Source of the DNA: Solirubrobacteraceae bacterium
GTDB lineage: Bacteria > Actinomycetota > Thermoleophilia > Solirubrobacterales > Solirubrobacteraceae
DNA length: 64,000 nucleotides
NCBI GenBank assembly: GCA_045805565.1
Contig: JBJMKZ010000050.1
Span: 13,858-77,857 of the forward strand
Reading direction: 5' to 3'
The notes under the pieces were generated by a model. It saw only the letters and a program-made list of their open reading frames with translations. It made no database searches and was not told the origin of the DNA. The translations under genes and the position numbers were made by a program. This document shows, one piece after another, positions 58,743 through 64,000 of this stretch. Every line of letters starts with the position of its first letter. The stretch's first letter is position 1.

Positions 58743-60092
58743 TTGTCCCCGAGGCTCATGAAACCCGTGAAAGAGGGCGACATCCCGACCTTCGGCCGCC
58801 CGGCACGGCCGCGCGAGTACGTCCCCGGGCAGGTCGTGCTCCGCGTCCGCCCGGAGGCCGTGCGCCCGCACGTGGCGGATCCGGGCATGCCCCTGGGTCG
58901 GGCGCTGGCGGAGAGCCTGCCGGAATCGGTCGGCGGGCCGGTCGACTACCTGCGCCGCAACGCCGGGCTCAAGGCGGTGGCGCCGCTGCTGTCTTCCCGG
59001 CTCGCCCAGCTGCGGCGCAGCCGGCTTGCGCCCGCCGCCCGCCACCGGCTGGCGGTGGCCGCCAGCGTCACCGACGTCGAGGGCGACGATGTCGCCGGCC
59101 TGGCGGTCGCCTCGTTGCCGGACAGGAGGATCACCGCCGACCTGCTGAGGACGATCAGCGCGTCGCCCGGGGTCGAGTTCGCCGAACGGCTGCCGGCGCG
59201 CTGGCTGGAGGCCGACGGCGTGGATCCCAAGCAGAACCTGCAGTGGGGGCTGCGCGCGATCCGCTACTTCGAGGCCAGCCGCCCCAGCGCCGCCGGCGTC
59301 AGGGTCGCGATCCTCGACACCGGCATCGACACCACCCATCCCGACCTCCCGGACCCCGTCCTGTACCGGCGCCCGGGCCTGCGGGCGCAGGACATCATCG
59401 GCCACGGCACCCACGTCGCCGGGATCATCGCCGCGACCGCCAACAACCGGATCGGGATCACCGGCATCGCGGACTGCCGGCTGGCGATCTGGAAGATCTT
59501 TCCCGACCAGCCGGAGGGCGGCGACTTCTACGTGGACTCCGAGCGCTACCTGCGCGCCCTGGGCGAGCTGGCCGACGAGGACGTGGCGGCGGTGAACCTG
59601 AGCATCGGTGGCAGCGCCCACTCACGAGCCGAGGCGCTGCTGTTCCGGCGGCTGATCGAACGGGGGGTCACGCCGGTCGCCGCGATGGGCAACGAGTACG
59701 AGGAGGGCAACCCGACCAGCTATCCGGCGGCATACGACGGCGTCGTGTCGGTCGGTTCGATCGCCGAGAACCGGCGCCGCTCGAGCTTCTCGAGCACCGG
59801 GCGCCACATCGACCTGGTGGCCCCGGGATCCAACATCCTCTCCACGGTGCCGGTGACGAGGTCCGCCTACCGGCAGGAGACCGAGTACGCCACCTGGAGC
59901 GGGACCTCAATGGCCACCCCGCACGTGACCGCCGCGGCGGCGCTGGTGGTGGCCGCGCACCCTGGATGGTCGCCGGCTCAGGTGGCGCGAAGGCTGCGCA
60001 GCAGCGCTGCCGAGCTTCCCGCGATGCGCGGTAGCCGGTGGACCCAGAGCTACGGAGCCGGCCTGCTGGACCTCAGGGCGGCGCTAAGCTGA
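58743..60092 (+). CDS. S8 (subtilisin) family serine peptidase with N-terminal prodomain-like region and no signal peptide
   Basis: The catalytic triad blocks are VAILDTGID, GHGTHVAG and GTSMATPHV. The N-terminal roughly 165 aa are not hydrophobic and end in ..SPGVEFAERLP. The start is TTG 58743 or ATG 58758. Confidence 0.85.
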   Translation: MSPRLMKPVKEGDIPTFGRPARPREYVPGQVVLRVRPEAVRPHVADPGMPLGRALAESLPESVGGPVDYLRRNAGLKAVAPLLSSRLAQLRRSRLAPAARHRLAVAASVTDVEGDDVAGLAVASLPDRRITADLLRTISASPGVEFAERLPARWLEADGVDPKQNLQWGLRAIRYFEASRPSAAGVRVAILDTGIDTTHPDLPDPVLYRRPGLRAQDIIGHGTHVAGIIAATANNRIGITGIADCRLAIWKIFPDQPEGGDFYVDSERYLRALGELADEDVAAVNLSIGGSAHSRAEALLFRRLIERGVTPVAAMGNEYEEGNPTSYPAAYDGVVSVGSIAENRRRSSFSSTGRHIDLVAPGSNILSTVPVTRSAYRQETEYATWSGTSMATPHVTAAAALVVAAHPGWSPAQVARRLRSSAAELPAMRGSRWTQSYGAGLLDLRAALS

Positions 60093-60099
60093 GGTTGGA

Positions 60100-60354
60100 G
60101 TGAAGCTCCAGGTCAAGTTCCGCGAGGATGCGTCGGGCGCTGCGGTCGACGAGATCCTCGGAGCGCTCGTCGAGCGGGGTGCCGACGACGTCCGGCCGCT
60201 GTTCCCCGACTCCGGCGACCCGGAGCTCGGATCGATGTACGTCGTCGAGACCAACGGCGCGTGCCGGGACCGGCTGCTGCGGCTGCTCGGCCAGTCGGAG
60301 GCGGTCGAGTTCGCCGAGCCTGGGGTCCGACGCCAGCTCGCCCGGCGCCGCTGA
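60100..60354 (+). CDS. 84-aa protein paralogous to the prodomain of the upstream S8 peptidase (I9-inhibitor-like)
   Basis: GTG 60100 lies 7 nt after the S8 stop, with GAGG/GGAG upstream. KLQVKFREDA.. and ..RDRLLRLLGQSEAVEFAEPGVRR align with VVLRVRPEA.. and ..ADLLRTISASPGVEFAERLPAR of the S8 N-terminus. Confidence 0.55.
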   Translation: MKLQVKFREDASGAAVDEILGALVERGADDVRPLFPDSGDPELGSMYVVETNGACRDRLLRLLGQSEAVEFAEPGVRRQLARRR

Positions 60355-60360
60355 GACGCA

Positions 60361-60376
60361 GCGACGCCGGCGTCGC
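60361..60376 (+). terminator. Short GC hairpin after the S8/prodomain pair
   Basis: GCGACGCCGGCGTCGC (6-bp stem, CCGG loop) lies 7 nt after the stop. There is no U-tract. Confidence 0.3.
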
Positions 60377-60424
60377 CCAGCGGTGCCGCGCCCACGGGTG
60401 GGAGCGAGCTACTGTCAGGCGGTG

Positions 60425-61570
60425 ATGGCTCGGAGACCCCGACGCTCGGCGGGGCTCGGGCTCGCCGTCGCGGCCTGGGCGGCGGCCGGCTGCGGAGCCG
60501 CCGTCCGCGAATCGCACGACGGCGCGCGGGTCGGCACCGCGGCGGCCGTGACGCAGACGCCGTCGAGGCTGGTGCGGGGTCGCGGCGGGCCCAACGTCGC
60601 CACCATCGCCACCGGCCTGCAGATCCCGTGGGAGATCGCCTTCCTACCGGACCGGCGCGCGCTGATCACCGAGCGCCCGGGGCGCGTGCGGATCATGACC
60701 GCCACGCACCACCTGCTGGCGGCGCCGGCCGCCCGGGTGCCGGTGAGCGCCCAGGGCGAGGGCGGGCTGCTGGGCCTGGCGGTCGATCCGCAGTTCTCGG
60801 CCAATCGCTTCGTCTACCTCTATCGCAGCACCGCCACCGGAAACCAGGTCGTCCGCTACCGCCTCCTGGGCTCGCGATTGGTGGGGCCGGTGATCATCGC
60901 GCGCGGGGTGCCGGCGGGCACCGCGCACGACGGGGGACGAATCCACTTCGGGCCCGATCGACGCCTGTACATATCCACCGGCGACACCCACCAGGACGGC
61001 CTGGCCCAGAGCCGCGCCTCGCTGGCCGGCAAGATCCTGCGTCTGAGCCCGACTGCGTACCACGGCCTCCGCGCGCGACGCCCGGAGATCGTCTCGCTGG
61101 GTCATCGCAACCCGCAGGGTTTCGACTGGCAGCCCGGGACCGGGATGCTGGTCGCCACCGAGCACGGCCCGTCGGCCAACGACGAGATCAACATCATCCG
61201 TTTCGGCGCCAACTACGGCTGGCCGGTCGTCATGGGGACCGCCAACCGGCGTGGCCTGGTCGCGCCGGCCGTCCTGTACACCTGGACGCTGGCCCCGTCG
61301 GGGGCGACCTTCGTCCACCGCCCCGGCTCGGCGTGGACCGGCGACTTCCTGGTCGCCGGTCTGAGGGGCGAACAGATCCGCCGGGTAAGGCTGCGCGGCG
61401 GCCGGGCGGTGATCAACCAGCCGCTGTTCGCCGGTCGCTTCGGACGCCTGCGAACCGTGGTCGAGGGCCCCGACGGCGCCCTCTACGCGCTGACCAACAA
61501 CCGCGACGGCCGCGGAACCCCGCGCCCCGGCGACGACCGCGTGCTGCGGATCATCCCGCCCGCGGGTTAG
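60425..61570 (+). CDS. PQQ-dependent sugar dehydrogenase (sorbosone/aldose dehydrogenase family) lipoprotein
   Basis: The lipobox is AAWAAAGC. Blocks: GLQIPWEIAFLPDRRALITERPGRVRI, EGGLLGLAVDP, HDGGRIHFGPD, GHRNPQGF, NYGWP. Confidence 0.85.
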   Translation: MARRPRRSAGLGLAVAAWAAAGCGAAVRESHDGARVGTAAAVTQTPSRLVRGRGGPNVATIATGLQIPWEIAFLPDRRALITERPGRVRIMTATHHLLAAPAARVPVSAQGEGGLLGLAVDPQFSANRFVYLYRSTATGNQVVRYRLLGSRLVGPVIIARGVPAGTAHDGGRIHFGPDRRLYISTGDTHQDGLAQSRASLAGKILRLSPTAYHGLRARRPEIVSLGHRNPQGFDWQPGTGMLVATEHGPSANDEINIIRFGANYGWPVVMGTANRRGLVAPAVLYTWTLAPSGATFVHRPGSAWTGDFLVAGLRGEQIRRVRLRGGRAVINQPLFAGRFGRLRTVVEGPDGALYALTNNRDGRGTPRPGDDRVLRIIPPAG

Positions 61571-61589
61571 GCCGGTCGGGCTAGACTGA

Positions 61590-62321
61590 CTACAGACGCA
61601 ACGCCAGGGCGCCCGCGGCCAGCAGCACGACCGCCACCGACAGCGCCCGCAGCGCCCCATCCAGGGGCGCGGCGAGCCGTTGCGCCGACAGCGGCAGCGA
61701 GCGACCGTCGGCCAGCGCCTGGGTCCCGGTCACCGAGACGGTGCGCCGGCGCAGCTCACGCACCGGGGTGCTCAGGCGCCGCTGGGCCAGGCTGAGGGCG
61801 AAGCAGGCGCCCGCGATCAGCACGCCGGCGGCGCGCAGCGACAGCGCGTTGGCCCAGTAGCTGGTGAAGGCGGGGAACGCGCCCCAGGCGGCGGCGAACC
61901 ACAGGTCGCCGTGGAAACGACCGCCGAACAGCTCGAGGTTGTAGGCCAGCGCGATGAACGCCCCCGCGACCACGAACGGGATCAGGCTGGGCGACACGAT
62001 GACCGTCCCTGCGACCCCGATGGCCACCGCGCCGGCCAGGCCGCCCGCGGCCAGGCCGATCAGCAGGCGATCGGACAGCCGGGTGCGCAGCGGCCGCCCG
62101 TTGAGCTCGTCCAGCGCGTGCGCGGCCACGCCGACCCCCAGGAAGAACGCCGCCAGCGCCGCCAGCAGCCGATCGACGTGCACGATCGGCGCCGCGGCGG
62201 CGCCGAGCGCCACGTAGCTCAGGTGCCAGGCGGTGTAGGGCGGGTGAAGCAGCGTGACCAGGTCGCGCCAGCCGCCCGCGCGCAGCGCGTAGAACGCCGG
62301 CCGGTCGAGCTCAGGCCCCAC
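61590..62321 (-). CDS. Integral membrane protein, uncharacterized (coupled to the UbiE/MenG-like methyltransferase)
   Basis: GTG 62319-62321 overlaps the upstream gene by 11 nt. There are about 7 TM helices and a conserved-looking AHALDELNGRP block. Confidence 0.65.
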   Translation of the reverse strand: MGPELDRPAFYALRAGGWRDLVTLLHPPYTAWHLSYVALGAAAAPIVHVDRLLAALAAFFLGVGVAAHALDELNGRPLRTRLSDRLLIGLAAGGLAGAVAIGVAGTVIVSPSLIPFVVAGAFIALAYNLELFGGRFHGDLWFAAAWGAFPAFTSYWANALSLRAAGVLIAGACFALSLAQRRLSTPVRELRRRTVSVTGTQALADGRSLPLSAQRLAAPLDGALRALSVAVVLLAAGALALRL

Positions 62322-63096
62322 TCGCGCTCCGCACTCCCCACATCACCATGCCGGCGCCCAGGCTCATGCGGCGTATCCCGACCCGCTCGATGCCGGCGGC
62401 CCTCCACATCGCGGGCATCCCCTCCAGCGGGTGGCGGGCGTAGAAGTCGGCGATGCTCGGGCCCAGGAAGCGGCCGACCTCCTGCCAGGCCGGCGAGACG
62501 AGCCGGCCCAGCGCCGGCAGGCCGAGGCGCGTGTAGACCAGCCACGGCGCCCGAAGCGGCCGGCGCGGGAGCGCGAACTCCAGCGAGGCGATGGTCCCGC
62601 CGGGTCGCACCACGCGGGCCAGCTCGCGCAGCGTGGCGGGCGGGTCGTCGACGTAGCGCAGAAGGTAGGTGAAGGTGAGGGCGTCGAACTCGGCGTCGGC
62701 GAAGGGCAGGCGCTCGGCCTCGCCCCGTACCAGCTCGATGCGCGCGGCGAGGTCGGGGCTCGCGGCCAGCCGGGCGCGCGCACCGGCGAGCATCTCCTCG
62801 CTCTGGTCCAGCCCGATCACCGAGCAGCCGTAGCGGCGGACGAGCTCCCTGGCGACCAGCCCGGTGCCCGTCGCCACATCGAGGACCCGGTCGCCGGGCG
62901 AGGCGCGGACCCGGGCGACCATTGCCCGTCGCCAGCGGGGGTCCTGGCCGAAGCTGAGCAGCGCGCCCATCCGGTCGTACTCGCGCGGCAGCCCGGAGAA
63001 CAGCTGCAGTGCGCGGGTCTTGCGGTCGGCGGGCGGCGCCCCGGCGGTCGGGTGGCCGGATCCGTCCCGGTGCGCGTTCAGGGCCTGGTTCGTCAC
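62311..63096 (-). CDS. UbiE/MenG-family class I SAM-dependent methyltransferase
   Basis: Blocks: YDRMGALLSFGQDPRWRR (UbiE-type N-terminal block), VLDVATGTG, RVVRPGG. Confidence 0.8.
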   Translation of the reverse strand: MTNQALNAHRDGSGHPTAGAPPADRKTRALQLFSGLPREYDRMGALLSFGQDPRWRRAMVARVRASPGDRVLDVATGTGLVARELVRRYGCSVIGLDQSEEMLAGARARLAASPDLAARIELVRGEAERLPFADAEFDALTFTYLLRYVDDPPATLRELARVVRPGGTIASLEFALPRRPLRAPWLVYTRLGLPALGRLVSPAWQEVGRFLGPSIADFYARHPLEGMPAMWRAAGIERVGIRRMSLGAGMVMWGVRSASGA

Positions 63097-63105
63097 AGGC
63101 TCTTC

Positions 63106-63960
63106 CTACCGCGGCCCGGTGACCCGAACCGGCCCGTGCGGCCCGGCGACATACACCTGCCACGCGTAGTAGGCGTAGAAGGTGCGCTCGTCGGCCCGCA
63201 TGCGGTGCGCGAAGCGGAGGATGGCGTGCACATAGGCGCTCGAGCGGTTGTAGGCGAACAGCGCCCGCTCGACGTGGCGCGGCGCCCCGGAGGTGCGCAG
63301 GTAGTTGGCCGCGCCCAGGATGGCGTCATGCGGATCGTGGATGTCTCCGCCCAGGCCGTACGCATTCCAGGTCGCGGGGACGAACTGCATGGGGCCCTGG
63401 GCTCCGCCCGAGCTGGCGTTGCGCAGCCGGCCGAAGGCGGACTCGACGAAGTTGACCGCGGCGAGCAGCGACCAGTCGATGCCGAAGCGCCGCTGGGCCT
63501 CGAGGTAGTGGGCCCGCAGCCTGCCGGCCGGCTCCGCCGCGCCGACCCGGATGCGCGGCGTCGGTGCGCCGGGCGTGGCGGGGATGGCGGCGAGCGCCCG
63601 GCGCGCGGCCAGGGTGTCGCGGGCCTCGTACACGACGCTGCGCGGCAGCGCAGCCAGCACCTGCCTGGCCTCGCTCGGGCGGGCCGTCAGGAGGCGGTAG
63701 ATGTTCTGCTGGTGCAGGGCGAGCAGCGTCACGGCGCGCCGCGGGCCGCCGTGGCTGGGATCGCCGTTGGCGGTCCAGCGCTCGATCTCCGAGCGCAGGC
63801 GCAGGGTGGTCCGCGCCAGGTCGGCGGCGAGCCCACGGGGGGTGCCGGGCACGGGCGCGTCCGGAGCCGGCAGCGAGGCGCGCCCCGAGCCCGCCGGCGA
63901 CTGGCAGCCGGCGAGGGCCAGGCAGGCGCAGGCACAGGCGGCCGCCAGCAACGCGCGCAT
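63106..63960 (-). CDS. Lytic transglycosylase lipoprotein (SLT_2/MltB-like)
   Basis: The lipobox is LALAGC. The catalytic block is LLAAVNFVESAFG. Also GAQGPMQFVPATW and AILGAANYL. Confidence 0.8.
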   Translation of the reverse strand: MRALLAAACACACLALAGCQSPAGSGRASLPAPDAPVPGTPRGLAADLARTTLRLRSEIERWTANGDPSHGGPRRAVTLLALHQQNIYRLLTARPSEARQVLAALPRSVVYEARDTLAARRALAAIPATPGAPTPRIRVGAAEPAGRLRAHYLEAQRRFGIDWSLLAAVNFVESAFGRLRNASSGGAQGPMQFVPATWNAYGLGGDIHDPHDAILGAANYLRTSGAPRHVERALFAYNRSSAYVHAILRFAHRMRADERTFYAYYAWQVYVAGPHGPVRVTGPR

Positions 63961-64000
63961 TCGCGCAGTGTGGCGAAGCGGCGCCGGGCCCTCCAGATGT

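Noticed and set aside
1-64000. Mobile element, prophage, genomic island, tRNA or rRNA genes
   Set aside because: No transposase, integrase, recombinase or phage structural motifs appear in any frame. I noticed no long terminal inverted or direct repeats. No intergenic gap is large enough or has cloverleaf-like features for a tRNA. Composition is uniformly GC-rich apart from short promoter-like patches and two low-complexity genes.

Overview
The window is a very GC-rich, densely packed chromosomal segment. Gene content and frequent GTG/TTG starts look like a high-GC Actinomycetota-type genome. I support about 70 protein-coding genes, mostly in short translationally coupled operons with ATGA/GTGA overlaps. 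I found no rRNA, tRNA, CRISPR array, transposase, integrase or prophage signature.

Themes:
- Peptidoglycan remodelling: an M14 carboxypeptidase fused to an Amidase_2 domain, two M23 peptidases, an RlpA-like protein, a lytic transglycosylase and mreB. One M23 gene sits behind a clear ydaO-class c-di-AMP riboswitch with its own sigma70-like promoter.
- NHEJ: an operon in which LigD is split into three stand-alone genes (phosphoesterase, ligase, polymerase). No Ku gene is in the window.
- Lipid and glycolipid metabolism: WS/DGAT, two acyl-CoA ligases, a PlsC-like acyltransferase, a GT28 MGDG-synthase-like glycosyltransferase coupled to a CE4 deacetylase, and a convergent methyltransferase / sugar aminotransferase / membrane-anchored epimerase operon.
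- Transport: a TetR-controlled HlyD-HlyD-MFS efflux operon with a 25-bp palindromic operator, DrrAB-like ABC export, and a DUF3311 plus sodium:solute symporter pair.

Most second-look-worthy items:
- A signal-peptide-less S8 subtilase followed by a free-standing copy of its own prodomain.
- Two tandem paralogous membrane proteins of an unnamed family with conserved His and IDE motifs.
- The GT28-CE4 pair, a predicted aminoglycolipid route.
- The split LigD operon.
- An M23 gene interrupted by an in-frame TAG.
- A repeat-rich Cys-containing lipoprotein.
- An internally deleted amidase relic.

No obvious defence island or mobile element is present. Nothing here can be called a new system from sequence alone.

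All coordinates were derived by hand from the ORF track and the sequence. Family assignments rest on recognised motifs, not database searches.
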